Source of the DNA: an uncultured Desulfurococcaceae archaeon
Lineage (GTDB): Archaea > Thermoproteota > Thermoprotei_A > Sulfolobales > NBVN01
Direction of reading: 5' to 3'
DNA length: 59,048 nt
Assembly (NCBI GenBank): GCA_964404265.1
Contig: CAYOJG010000001.1
Location: forward strand, 59,112-118,159
The notes under the pieces are model-generated. The model was not told the origin of the DNA and ran no database searches. It was given only the letters and a program-made list of their open reading frames with translations. Made by a program: the position numbers and the translations under genes. Shown here in pieces: positions 11,573-20,421 of this stretch (its first letter is position 1; the number at the start of each line of letters is the position of its first letter).

Positions 11573-12295
11573 TTAACCTGTTTCATTTCTACCTTTAAGG
11601 TATTTCTCGAGGTCCTCGCTCCTTTTACGGGTGTTGTAGGGATACGTCGAGATCTTATGTATCGTTAGGGCTTTCTCCTCACTCATTCCTTCAACCCTGC
11701 TCAGCTCTGCAGGAGACGCATTAATCACTTCCTTCAAGCTTCCGAACTTTCGGAGAAGTCTTTCAGCCAGCGTAGGACCTATTCCAGGAAATGACGACAG
11801 TATGTAAAGCTGCCATTCACTGAGGTCAGCCTCCTTAGGCTTGCTTTTCTTTCTGTAGGTTGGGAATGCTTGAGTCTTTCCGCGTGCCCCCCAGTTCTTC
11901 TCCGCTATGTACTGAATTATTTCGGCCGTGTGCCTAGCGTTCCTCGAGTATATTACGGGGAGATCATTAATCACGGCCGCAGTTATTACGGCGGCCTCAA
12001 TTGCCTTATGTCTGTCCGTCACTCTGTAGAGGTTTGCATAATCCCCTTCTATGAGGAGTACGGGTTTCATACCTGACTTAACAAGCCTCCTAACTTGATC
12101 GAAGAACCTTCCCTGAAACACTGAATGTATCAGGTCATCCAGCCTTTTCCTCTCTATTATTATCCCTTCAGCCGGTATGTAGTCCCCCACAGGCAACTGC
12201 TTGAATATAACTGTAACACCCTTCTCCATAAGGTATTTAGGAACCCTCGATTGCTTCTCCCTCTCATCAACATAGATTTTAACCAACCTACTCAC
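11573..12295 (-). CDS. xpf: short crenarchaeal XPF/ERCC4 nuclease with C-terminal (HhH)2
   Basis: ERCC4 signature VGDY...IIERKRLDDL, then tandem helix-hairpin-helix FPGIGPTLAERLL ... SRVEGMSEEKA. Confidence 0.8.
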   Translation of the reverse strand: MSRLVKIYVDEREKQSRVPKYLMEKGVTVIFKQLPVGDYIPAEGIIIERKRLDDLIHSVFQGRFFDQVRRLVKSGMKPVLLIEGDYANLYRVTDRHKAIEAAVITAAVINDLPVIYSRNARHTAEIIQYIAEKNWGARGKTQAFPTYRKKSKPKEADLSEWQLYILSSFPGIGPTLAERLLRKFGSLKEVINASPAELSRVEGMSEEKALTIHKISTYPYNTRKRSEDLEKYLKGRNETG

Positions 12296-13349
12296 ACTCC
12301 GTTAACCACCTGCCCTCTTCTAAGGTAGTGATCCGTAGACCTAGTTCTGTGAGGACCTTCCTTAACGCTTTCAGGAATTCCTTAGGAGGCACCTTCCCAG
12401 GAATCTTCACTCCCGCAGCACCTGCATGCCCTCCCCCTTCACCGCCTAGGAGTTCTCCAAGCCTTTTAGTTATGGATGCTGAGACAGGCGCGTTTAAATG
12501 GTTAATAAGTGTGTCTGTTGCCCTAATACTAACCCTTGTTTCCCCTTTCCTTTTCGCAACAGCTATCGCTAAATCAGCACCTGAATCTATGAGGACCTTG
12601 AGAACGGAGGATTCGTGAGCACCTATACAGGTTATAGCCATTAACCATTCCTTATTCAGCTCGTAGATCCCTGTCCTCGATATCCCTTTAAGCTTGGCGA
12701 CCTTCTCCGACTTACTTATCTCCCTAGATGTGAGGAGTTTCGAAGCTTCAGAATATCTGCCCCCCGACTCCATAAGGTCGGCTAGTGTTCTGAAGGTGGA
12801 TGCTTTAGCAAGCCTAAGCATTCTGGTGTCGTAAAGTATGCCTGCTATCAGGAGGGTTAGAACCTCACTTCTTACGGTTACCCCCGCCTCCTTCATAACC
12901 ATCGCAGCAAGCTCACTGGATGAGGAGGTCTCGGTTCCGTATACGCTGATTTCCGCATCCTTAATCAGTTCGTTTATTACATGGTGATCAAGAACCGCAT
13001 ATTTCTTGGGCTGAAGCTCCTTCCCTAATTCCCCAAGCTGGGCCTTTGTGGAAGTGTCCACGATTATGTAGCGCGAGCATTTTTCTGGGGGCGGGTATGG
13101 GTGTACGGTTTCCTGCAGGTTAAGTTGTTTGAGTAGTCTTTTTGAGGCTGAATCTATTCCTTCAGGGGCTACAACATATATCTTGCTCGTCGGGTTTAGT
13201 GAATGAACTACTTCAGCCAGAGCTATTGCTGCTGCCACAGCGTCCGGGTCTCCATTGTTGTGGAACGCTATACATAGTCTCCTCTTCCTCTTCACCCATT
13301 TCAGGAATTCCTTAATCTGGGTCTTTAGGTGCTTTGTTCCTGAGCTCAT
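12288..13349 (-). CDS. DHH/DHHA1 family phosphoesterase (RecJ/NrnA-like)
   Basis: Motifs HNNGDPDAVAAA, LDHHV and GGGHAGAAG. Overlaps neighbouring genes at both ends, consistent with an operon. Confidence 0.75.
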   Translation of the reverse strand: MSSGTKHLKTQIKEFLKWVKRKRRLCIAFHNNGDPDAVAAAIALAEVVHSLNPTSKIYVVAPEGIDSASKRLLKQLNLQETVHPYPPPEKCSRYIIVDTSTKAQLGELGKELQPKKYAVLDHHVINELIKDAEISVYGTETSSSSELAAMVMKEAGVTVRSEVLTLLIAGILYDTRMLRLAKASTFRTLADLMESGGRYSEASKLLTSREISKSEKVAKLKGISRTGIYELNKEWLMAITCIGAHESSVLKVLIDSGADLAIAVAKRKGETRVSIRATDTLINHLNAPVSASITKRLGELLGGEGGGHAGAAGVKIPGKVPPKEFLKALRKVLTELGLRITTLEEGRWLTECE

Positions 13350-13650
13350 TTCTTACCACGTCCATGGCCTTACTTATTGCTTCATCAATCCTTGCTTCCA
13401 GGTATGGTCCTGGAGGCCCGCGGGTGTGTACTGTTACATCTATCTTCAGTATAACTTCCTTATCCGTCACCTCAATCTTCACAGTTGCGTCGTATTCTTC
13501 CCGGGAGGATATCGATGAAGAAAGATTTTCCCTTAGAGCGTTCTCGGCCGCATTCACTAAATCCGAAATATCGTCATCACTTAGCTTTGTTGGATCTATC
13601 CCCACATTCTCTGTAGGGATTCCCTTAACCAGCCTTCGGCTGGGCCCCAT
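13312..13650 (-). CDS. small conserved archaeal protein (DUF3194-like)
   Basis: 112-aa ORF overlapping the prefoldin beta 3' end. Position next to pfdB matches a conserved archaeal neighbour. Family name recalled, not verified. Confidence 0.45.
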   Translation of the reverse strand: MGPSRRLVKGIPTENVGIDPTKLSDDDISDLVNAAENALRENLSSSISSREEYDATVKIEVTDKEVILKIDVTVHTRGPPGPYLEARIDEAISKAMDVVRNELRNKAPKDPD

Positions 13651-13996
13651 ATCCCCCAGTCCTTATCTTCTCTAGTTCTTTCTTAAGGTCGTCCAGCTGC
13701 TGCCTGAGGGAGGCCTCCATCTTTTCGTAGGAGTTTAGCCTTATCTCCAGTTCCTCCTTCCTCTCCTTCAGCTCCTTCTCCACATTCTCCTTAGGTACCT
13801 TAACCATGACGAAGCCTGTGTTCTTATATACCGGTGTGTCTTCCTCCACACTTCCCAGGACGTTCAGAGCCATATCTATGTCCTTTATTTCTGAAACAAC
13901 TACAGACTTCTGCGTAAGTATTGATGCAAGCTGGTTCTCCAGCTGCTGGTACTTAATTATTTTCTGTTCGAGTTCGGGCGGTATTTTCTGCGCCAT
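13625..13996 (-). CDS. pfdB: prefoldin beta subunit
   Basis: 123-aa coiled-coil protein (ELEQKIIKYQQLENQL ...) at the expected position in the exosome superoperon. Confidence 0.8.
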   Translation of the reverse strand: MAQKIPPELEQKIIKYQQLENQLASILTQKSVVVSEIKDIDMALNVLGSVEEDTPVYKNTGFVMVKVPKENVEKELKERKEELEIRLNSYEKMEASLRQQLDDLKKELEKIRTGGYGAQPKAG

Positions 13997-14030
13997 ACTC
14001 CCTTACCACTCCCCATATACTGCCTAGGCT

Positions 14031-14285
14031 TTAAGTATTGCTCTGCCTTGGTAGGTTCTGAAGCATTCTCTCGGTTGCCTCCATAAGCCTGAGTAATGAA
14101 TTGATAGTTGCTCTGAATGAGCTGTGGTCGGGAGCCTCAATAACTATCCTGACTGAGTCCCCTTCCTCACTGATGGATGCTTTAACCCCTCTTAAAGCGA
14201 TCCGGGTTTCAGGGGTTAACGCCTTAACTACGGCTTCCCTGAGCTTTTCATCAGGCCTCCTCAGACTCAGCTCCGCCTTAATCAT
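14031..14285 (-). CDS. KEOPS complex Pcc1-like subunit
   Basis: 84-aa ORF with SVRIVIEAPDHSSFRATINSLLRLMEA, resembling the Pcc1/CTAG family; context between Brix and prefoldin. Confidence 0.5.
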   Translation of the reverse strand: MIKAELSLRRPDEKLREAVVKALTPETRIALRGVKASISEEGDSVRIVIEAPDHSSFRATINSLLRLMEATERMLQNLPRQSNT

Positions 14286-14838
14286 TTCTCCCGCCTCTAG
14301 GGTAGTTAATCACCTTCAATGCCTTGAATTGCGGGCCGCAAACCCTCTGTGTTTGAAGACATATGAAGCGTACTGTAGGTTCCTCGCCAGTGCCTACAGA
14401 TACCTCTATGGCTGGAGTTAGTGGGTCGGGAGGTTTCGGCACTGTTTTAAGGAGTGGTGCCAGGAAGTTCGCCACCTCCAGCTGCGTCCTTTCAGTAATT
14501 TTCTGGGGGTTAAGGACTATTGTCTTGATGTTGTAGGGTGTCTGCCCTCCCCGCATTTCTCTGAGGAGCTTCACACCAGTTATCTTCATGAGCGCTTTCT
14601 TCACTAGCCCTTCCTCGGTTGGTTCGTAGTGGACTATGGCTGAGGGGTTGCCTTTCTTCTCGAGAATCATCATTACTGCGTGAGCTTCATTGCGACGGGC
14701 TATTGAAGCCAAATCGTCTAGGGTTGCCTTACCTCTGTTGAAGCGTAGTGAGTTAGGTATGGCTTTAACTAGGTCTTTTATGAAGGATCTTGTTCTTCTA
14801 GAAGGCTCCCGTGAGGAGGTTATGATTACTTTGCTCAA
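14278..14838 (-). CDS. Brix-domain (Imp4-like) ribosome biogenesis protein
   Basis: 186 aa. N-terminus VIITSSREPSRRTRSFIKDL is typical of archaeal Brix proteins; superoperon context. Confidence 0.6.
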   Translation of the reverse strand: MSKVIITSSREPSRRTRSFIKDLVKAIPNSLRFNRGKATLDDLASIARRNEAHAVMMILEKKGNPSAIVHYEPTEEGLVKKALMKITGVKLLREMRGGQTPYNIKTIVLNPQKITERTQLEVANFLAPLLKTVPKPPDPLTPAIEVSVGTGEEPTVRFICLQTQRVCGPQFKALKVINYPRGGRND

Positions 14839-14845
14839 AAGAGGT

Positions 14846-15100
14846 TCACGCTTTACCTAGGACGCTTCTCCCTATCTCCGTGACGGGTTGGTAGGCACCG
14901 CCCGCAAACACGGTGCCGCATTTAGGACACTGCCAGAGCCCAACAGCTATCCTCTTCATAACAACTTTTGTTCCGCAGTAGGGGCATTCTACCTTAGCAT
15001 ACCTTTTCTCCATTACTTTCCTCCACTTCTTCCTTAGGGAGGATCCGTATCTTGCCCCAAACCGTCCGGAAATCTTCACGATCTTTGTTCTCCTTACCAT
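14846..15100 (-). CDS. rpl37ae: 50S ribosomal protein L37Ae (eL43)
   Basis: 84 aa; GRFGARYG start and a CPYCG...CPKCG zinc ribbon. Confidence 0.9.
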   Translation of the reverse strand: MVRRTKIVKISGRFGARYGSSLRKKWRKVMEKRYAKVECPYCGTKVVMKRIAVGLWQCPKCGTVFAGGAYQPVTEIGRSVLGKA

Positions 15101-15123
15101 TCTCCTCCTCTCCTAAACCTGTG

Positions 15124-16269
15124 TCATTCGCTTGGTTTTAAGCTTTCGGTTTCCTCACTTTCTTTTTCTAGGTCTTCTTCCGGCTTTTCTTCCTGTTCGG
15201 CCTCTTCCGCTTTTTCTTCTTCTGGGACGGCCGGGGCCTCCTCTTTTTTTGGGGGTTCCTCCTGCTGGGGCTCGGCCTCCTCCGGAGTAGGCTTCTCTTC
15301 CTCCGGCTTCTCCAGCTCCTCCTTCTCCACTTCCTCAGCTTCCTCGCTCGGTACCTCCTCCTCTAAGGGTGTTTCCTCTACTTCCTCAGTCTTTTCCTCA
15401 GCCTTCTCCTCTTCTGCCTCCTCGGCAGCCTCTGCGGGCCTTTGGACGACCTGCGTCACTTTCTGAATCATTTCCTTCCCTTTCTCTATTGCTATTTCTG
15501 CTGCTTTGATTGCTTCTTCCTTAGTTATGGATGCGAGTCCAGCCTTCTGTATTCCTGCTATTACCCCATCCTCATCGACAGCGATCATTATTTTGGAGTC
15601 CAGCACGCTTTCCTCTTCCTGGTCGGGATCCACTATTAAGGCATCCTTTATCTTCCCTATCGTGACAGTCACAACCTTCTTCCTCAGCGGTAGTTCGCCC
15701 ACGTATGTTGACTTATCTATTAGTACCTGCTCGTCCTCAGTTATTTCGAACTTAGGTATCTTCGCCGTCATCAATGCTGCTAGGGTGCCTATGGATGCTG
15801 CGTCCGTCAGGTTGCCGTCGTGGTCCAAGACATAGATATCTATCCAAACCATCCACACTTTCTTGCCTGGGATTATTGCGAGCTTCTCAAGCTCTATTGC
15901 GTGTGTCTCCCTTATCGACCTGTCAATAACTCTGGCCAGCTCGATAGCGTTCTCGTCTGGTGGACCGGGCTCGAAGACAGGTGAGGCCATCGGGACGAAC
16001 TCGGCCGAGACCACAATAACTCCCTCGTTAGGTGCGTCTGAGTAGGGTGTCCCTACCTCCATCTTCACACCTACTAGGACCTGCGTGTTCCCTAGCTTGA
16101 CGTAGGCCGAGCCGTCTGCTTTAGGCAGGTAGTTAGGTATTATGGTGAGTTTCCTGTAGTCCTTTAGGCCGCGGCCGTCGAGCCTCGTTCCTTTCTTCAC
16201 TATGGCCGCTATGGTTTCTGCCTTGAGTTTAGGTATTATGTAGTCCGGTGTTGAGGGTGTTAACGACAT
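15124..16269 (-). CDS. rrp42: exosome complex component Rrp42 with a 105-aa acidic C-terminal extension
   Basis: RNase PH-like domain (LDGRGLKDYRKL ... GSAYVKLGNTQVLVGVK) in roughly the first 275 aa, then an E/K/P-rich tail. The start overlaps the rrp41 stop. Confidence 0.85.
   Translation of the reverse strand: MSLTPSTPDYIIPKLKAETIAAIVKKGTRLDGRGLKDYRKLTIIPNYLPKADGSAYVKLGNTQVLVGVKMEVGTPYSDAPNEGVIVVSAEFVPMASPVFEPGPPDENAIELARVIDRSIRETHAIELEKLAIIPGKKVWMVWIDIYVLDHDGNLTDAASIGTLAALMTAKIPKFEITEDEQVLIDKSTYVGELPLRKKVVTVTIGKIKDALIVDPDQEEESVLDSKIMIAVDEDGVIAGIQKAGLASITKEEAIKAAEIAIEKGKEMIQKVTQVVQRPAEAAEEAEEEKAEEKTEEVEETPLEEEVPSEEAEEVEKEELEKPEEEKPTPEEAEPQQEEPPKKEEAPAVPEEEKAEEAEQEEKPEEDLEKESEETESLKPSE
15127..15441 (-). 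repeat. low-complexity E/K/P-rich coding tract (Rrp42 tail)
   Basis: Top strand is runs of ctcctc/cttcttc. It translates to RPAEAAEEAEEEKAEEK...EETESLKPSE, with 105 aa counted by hand. Confidence 0.8.
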
Positions 16270-17006
16270 TATTCCTCTACCTCCACCTTCAGGTATTTGT
16301 TTCGAAGCGTTTCCTTCTGTATGCTGTAGATCTGTCTTATCCCTTTCAGAGCCAGCTCAAGCCCTTCCTCGAACTCCTCCTTCGTTAAGGTTCCGTTGAG
16401 TTGGAGCAGAGTTATCTCGTCTAGGGCCGGCGCGGCGGCGACAGGCATGTCCGCCTCCCCGAAGTTGTCCTCGACCTGATCTATGTCGAGGACAAGTACT
16501 CCGTCAACCTTCCCCACAGCAACCGCGGCGACTATGTCCCTCATAGGTATCCCTGCGTCCGCGAGGGCGAGGGATGCGGCTGTGAGGGATGTTGTCCTAG
16601 TTCCTCCGTCAGCACTTATTACCTCAATGAATATGTCGATTGATGCCCTCGGGAAGAGCTCGGTCATCACGACCGGTTCTAGTGCTTCCCTAATCACTTT
16701 AGACAGCTCTATCTCCCTCCTTGACGGTGCCGGCGACTTCCTCTCATCCGTCGAGAACGGCGCCATGTGGTATCTGCACCTCAGCACCGCCCTGTAGGGT
16801 ATCGCTATGTGTTTTGGCTGTGCCTCCCTGGGGCCGTACACGGCAGCGATCACTCTGGTTTTACCGAACTCTACGTAGGCTGATCCGTTGGCGTTGTTTA
16901 GAACACCTACCTCCATCTTTATCGGTCTGAGTTCGTTGAAGGCTCTTCCGTCATGCCTCCGTCCATCATCCATTATGAGTTTCGGCTTCTCGCCTTTACC
17001 TCCCAC
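16269..17006 (-). CDS. rrp41: exosome complex exonuclease Rrp41
   Basis: 245 aa, RNase PH fold ([30 protein letters not shown]). Confidence 0.9.
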   Translation of the reverse strand: MGGKGEKPKLIMDDGRRHDGRAFNELRPIKMEVGVLNNANGSAYVEFGKTRVIAAVYGPREAQPKHIAIPYRAVLRCRYHMAPFSTDERKSPAPSRREIELSKVIREALEPVVMTELFPRASIDIFIEVISADGGTRTTSLTAASLALADAGIPMRDIVAAVAVGKVDGVLVLDIDQVEDNFGEADMPVAAAPALDEITLLQLNGTLTKEEFEEGLELALKGIRQIYSIQKETLRNKYLKVEVEE

Positions 17007-17736
17007 TTATGATTCCCCTCCTGACCTTTTCTTTTAGAATAAACTCCTTCACCCTGTCGGTGAGTCCTGTTGTGTGTGCCTCCCTCTCAATCTTCCTTAT
17101 TGCTAACACGAGTATCTCCTCCGCGTCTTGGTTGGGGCAGTTAATCACTATCCTGCCGTTCATACCTATTACGAGCCTGCATCCTGTCTCCCCCTCGAGA
17201 ACCGACTGCATGGATCCTTTCCTCCCTATGAGTCGAGGTACCTTAACAGGGCTTACCTCTATGACTGTGCCTTTCTTCACCTTCCCTAGACCCCTACCCC
17301 TGGTTGTTAGGTGAGGGTCCCTGGTTCTGTCGAATGTATCTATCTTAGCTATGACCACATCGCCCACGTCAAGGTAGTTTGTGAGGTCTTCCTTGGCAGG
17401 GTTGACTGGCTTGCCCAGGAAGTCTGACGCGTAAAGAATTCCTGGGAACGGCGCCCTTATGTCGACCTCCCAGCTCGTCAGCCCTACGGAAGTAACTATC
17501 CCTACAACAACATCATCTTTTTTGGGGTAGTAGTACCCTTCGAGAGGTATGATTGATATGGTTTTGTTTTTCAGGTCTTTCTTCGCGAGACCTACTACGA
17601 GTGAGTAGTACTTGTCTCCCTTCACGTATATTGTGTTCGGGGTGATGACCTTGAAGCCTGCGTCAGCGACTTCGTCTCCGGGCGTCACTATTTTCCTCTC
17701 TATCTGTTCGGGTTCGTTTACCTCTTTTCCACTCAT
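16996..17736 (-). CDS. rrp4: exosome complex RNA-binding protein Rrp4 (S1 + KH)
   Basis: 246 aa. S1-like [16 protein letters not shown] and KH-like [26 protein letters not shown]. Confidence 0.85.
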   Translation of the reverse strand: MSGKEVNEPEQIERKIVTPGDEVADAGFKVITPNTIYVKGDKYYSLVVGLAKKDLKNKTISIIPLEGYYYPKKDDVVVGIVTSVGLTSWEVDIRAPFPGILYASDFLGKPVNPAKEDLTNYLDVGDVVIAKIDTFDRTRDPHLTTRGRGLGKVKKGTVIEVSPVKVPRLIGRKGSMQSVLEGETGCRLVIGMNGRIVINCPNQDAEEILVLAIRKIEREAHTTGLTDRVKEFILKEKVRRGIISGR

Positions 17737-17737
17737 T

Positions 17738-18430
17738 TCAGAACACCTTCACCTCTACCTCTGCTTCTCCTTTCGTTGCGCGGTTTATTGAATCTATTAC
17801 CTCTGCCTGCATGCCTGCAGGAACCTCTATCTCGACCGTGTAGGACCCGTCGTTAAGCCATTTCTCCTTCTTTACCTCTCCGAGTTTCCTTAGCTCTGAG
17901 TAGGCCCTTCCCGCATGCTGCGGCGGGACCTTCACAGTGATGACTGCCCTAGCTATCTTTATGGGGATGTGTCTTGAGATTGCCTTGATTGCGTGGGCGG
18001 CCTGCTCCTCCACGCTTTTATATAGGTCTACGCTGAAGCGGGCCTCCTCCATAGCCTTCTCGATTCTGTGGGGAGGTATCGGGGTCTTTGTTTTTGGGTC
18101 GACGGCGGATCTCGCTATGTAGTTTATTATGAGCTTTCTTTTTGCTTCGAGGAGCTTCCTCCTCTGCTCGGTTGTTAGGTGGAGCTCGCCCTTAAGGATG
18201 ATTACTTCAGCAACCTTCTTCAGGTCGTCCGTGCCGAAGACTTTCCTTACTTCCTCGGGGGATGCTCTGTCCCCTTTCCTGGCGTCCTTATAGATGTAGT
18301 CCCCTACAAGGACTTCATCTATCGGGACCTTCTCCCCTTCCCTCATCTTGAATGCTTTGTCCGGGTTTACAAGGATCTCGAATTTCCTTCCTCCCTTCTC
18401 ATACCTCGCTATGACGTATTCCCTGCTCAT
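17738..18430 (-). CDS. SBDS-family ribosome maturation protein (Sdo1)
   Basis: 230 aa; the N-terminus VIARYEKGGRKFEILVNPDKA is characteristic of SBDS. Confidence 0.85.
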   Translation of the reverse strand: MSREYVIARYEKGGRKFEILVNPDKAFKMREGEKVPIDEVLVGDYIYKDARKGDRASPEEVRKVFGTDDLKKVAEVIILKGELHLTTEQRRKLLEAKRKLIINYIARSAVDPKTKTPIPPHRIEKAMEEARFSVDLYKSVEEQAAHAIKAISRHIPIKIARAVITVKVPPQHAGRAYSELRKLGEVKKEKWLNDGSYTVEIEVPAGMQAEVIDSINRATKGEAEVEVKVF

Positions 18431-18449
18431 GATTTCCCCCGTTCCTCAG

Positions 18450-19199
18450 CTACTCCTTCTTTTCAGCCTCTTTATTGACTCCCGACTTCTGTATGTATTC
18501 AGCAATCTCCTCACTCGTAAGTTTCCTGAATTCCTTCGTTTCAGGATCGACTATACCTATCTCAACGAGTTCCGGTTTTAGCGGAACCTCTGTCGATGCT
18601 TTGAGGGCTTTGAGGGCCAGCTCTATCGTTTCCTCCTTTCCGAGGTCTTTCCTGTAGTTCTTCTCTAAGTATTCTGTGGCCGGCTGCTCTCCCTCACCCA
18701 TAGCTATGGCTAGGTAGGAGAAGTAGTAGCCGTTTATCTCTGTTTTGAATAGCTGTACACCTTTACGGTCCACTCCGAGGAAGAGAAGGGAGACTCCGAA
18801 GGGCCTTACGCCTGCGTGCTGTGTGTAGAGCTGCTTTATGTCGCATACCTGCCTAACAACATACTCTACGTCGGCAGGCTCGTCGTACACGAACCTGTAG
18901 TTCATTGCCGCCCTCCTTGCGTAGTCTATAAGCACTCTCCCGTCGGCCGCGAGGCCCGCGAATGATGAGCCTATGTGTGTGTCTATGGGGAATATCTTCA
19001 CTATAGATCCGAGGTCTATGAGGGGGGATATTGTCCTCTTCTCTGCTAAAAGTACTCCCAGACTGTCTGTCTTTACGGCTATGGTTGTCCATCCTTTACT
19101 TATGTTTTTGGCTGCGTACTCTACCTGAAATAATTTACCGTCAGGTGAGAAGACCGTGATGGCCCTATCATAACCCATTGCTGGTGGTCCGAACGCCAA
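18450..19199 (-). CDS. psmA: proteasome subunit alpha
   Basis: YDRAITVFSPDGKLFQVEYA signature; 249 aa. Confidence 0.9.
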   Translation of the reverse strand: MAFGPPAMGYDRAITVFSPDGKLFQVEYAAKNISKGWTTIAVKTDSLGVLLAEKRTISPLIDLGSIVKIFPIDTHIGSSFAGLAADGRVLIDYARRAAMNYRFVYDEPADVEYVVRQVCDIKQLYTQHAGVRPFGVSLLFLGVDRKGVQLFKTEINGYYFSYLAIAMGEGEQPATEYLEKNYRKDLGKEETIELALKALKASTEVPLKPELVEIGIVDPETKEFRKLTSEEIAEYIQKSGVNKEAEKKE

Positions 19200-19276
19200 A
19201 CCTATTACCCTACATGTGTTCTTCTTTAGTAATATAAACCTTAAATGATCCGCCTCGCTTCTCTATGGGTGTTTGA

Positions 19277-20278
19277 ATGGTTGAGTTGATTGAGTCTATG
19301 CGTTCGGGCGGTGTGGCCGTTGTTGGGGCTGGGGGTGCTGGAGATATTGTTTCAGCTTACGTGACCTGCAGGGTTCTTGAGGATCTTTTCGGTGTTTCTA
19401 GATGTATCCCTGTTGCGGTTCTTTGGGAGAGGTGGGTGCTGGATCCTTTCCCCGGCCCTATACCGAGGGAGGCTTTGAAGGGTGTTAGGGATAGTGATTG
19501 TGTTTGGTTGAGGCATGACTCATGGGTTGAGAGGCCTGGCTACAGGTTCGTTCCTCAGGCATCCATTATTGCTAGGTACGCGGGTGTTGAGGTCCCGGGC
19601 ATCGTTGCTGATGAGGGGCTTTCAGGGTTCAAGAAATGTCTTAAGGAAGTCACTGATTCTGGCTATAGGCATGTCATGGCCCTCGATGTGGGCGGTGACA
19701 TACTTGCGGAAGGACATGAGGAGTGGCTGTGGTCACCCCTCACAGACGCCTTAACACTGGCTGCGGTCGCGGATCTCGACTCCTCCGTAGGTGTTCTCGC
19801 GCCAGGAGCGGACGGGGAGCTTCCCGCTTGGTACGTCCTTGAAAGGATTGAGGAGGCTGCAGAGCTCGGAGGATACCTAGGCTCCATAGGTCTCTGGAGA
19901 GACCATGTAAGGATCTATGAAGAAATACTTCCCCACACAAAAACCGAGGCAGGCCTCATACCCTACAAAGCGCTGAAAGGCGAAATGAGGAAGAACCATA
20001 TAAGGGAAGGGTCAAGGGAAGTCGACATAAACCCAACATCCCCAATAATCTACATACTAACCACCCAAGCAACACTAAAACTCAACAAACTGGCAAACCA
20101 ACTCAAAAACACGGAAACCCTCCAACAAGCAAACCAAACAGCCCACAAACTACAAATACCCACAGAACTAGACCTAGAAAAAGAAATAGCGAAAAACCAC
20201 GGCACAGGCCCACAAACAAAACCAAACTGGACCAAAGCAAGAAACAACATACACAAACAAATAAAGAAACAACCATAA
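19277..20278 (+). CDS. DUF1152-like protein with a compositionally aberrant C-terminal third
   Basis: 333 aa with VVGAGGAGD ... ALDVGGDILAEG motifs recalled from DUF1152. From about nt 19925 the coding DNA is almost pure A/C and the protein becomes K/N/T/Q/H/P-rich. Confidence 0.5.
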   Translation: MVELIESMRSGGVAVVGAGGAGDIVSAYVTCRVLEDLFGVSRCIPVAVLWERWVLDPFPGPIPREALKGVRDSDCVWLRHDSWVERPGYRFVPQASIIARYAGVEVPGIVADEGLSGFKKCLKEVTDSGYRHVMALDVGGDILAEGHEEWLWSPLTDALTLAAVADLDSSVGVLAPGADGELPAWYVLERIEEAAELGGYLGSIGLWRDHVRIYEEILPHTKTEAGLIPYKALKGEMRKNHIREGSREVDINPTSPIIYILTTQATLKLNKLANQLKNTETLQQANQTAHKLQIPTELDLEKEIAKNHGTGPQTKPNWTKARNNIHKQIKKQP

Positions 20279-20313
20279 AACACTTAAAAACCAAACAACC
20301 ACAATAAAGAAAC
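19925..20313. other. extreme A+C-rich top-strand block
   Basis: Hand count of 20041-20100: A28 C21 G3 T8. There is an abrupt onset inside the DUF1152-like ORF, and the block ends at the G-run preceding the tRNA. Confidence 0.85.
20261..20313 (+). repeat. two copies of ATAAAGAAAC (20261-20270, 20304-20313); candidate TATA-like elements upstream of the tRNA
   Basis: Exact 10-mers read from the sequence. A third copy lies at 21504-21513, also immediately 5' of a GC-rich RNA-like segment. Confidence 0.5.
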
Positions 20314-20364
20314 GGGGGGCCAAAGCAGCGGGGTGGGGTAGCCAGGCAGCCCGCGGGGCTCATA

Positions 20365-20388
20365 GGAGCCCGGGCGGCCCGGCACCTA
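20365..20388 (+). other. candidate 24-nt intron at the canonical 37/38 position
   Basis: GGAGCCCGGGCGGCCCGGCACCTA lies between CTCATA and ACCCC. It contains a CCGGG-CGG-CCCGG hairpin. No canonical BHB could be drawn by hand. Confidence 0.4.
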
Positions 20389-20421
20389 ACCCCTAGACGG
20401 CCTAATTCAAGCGTGGAAGTT

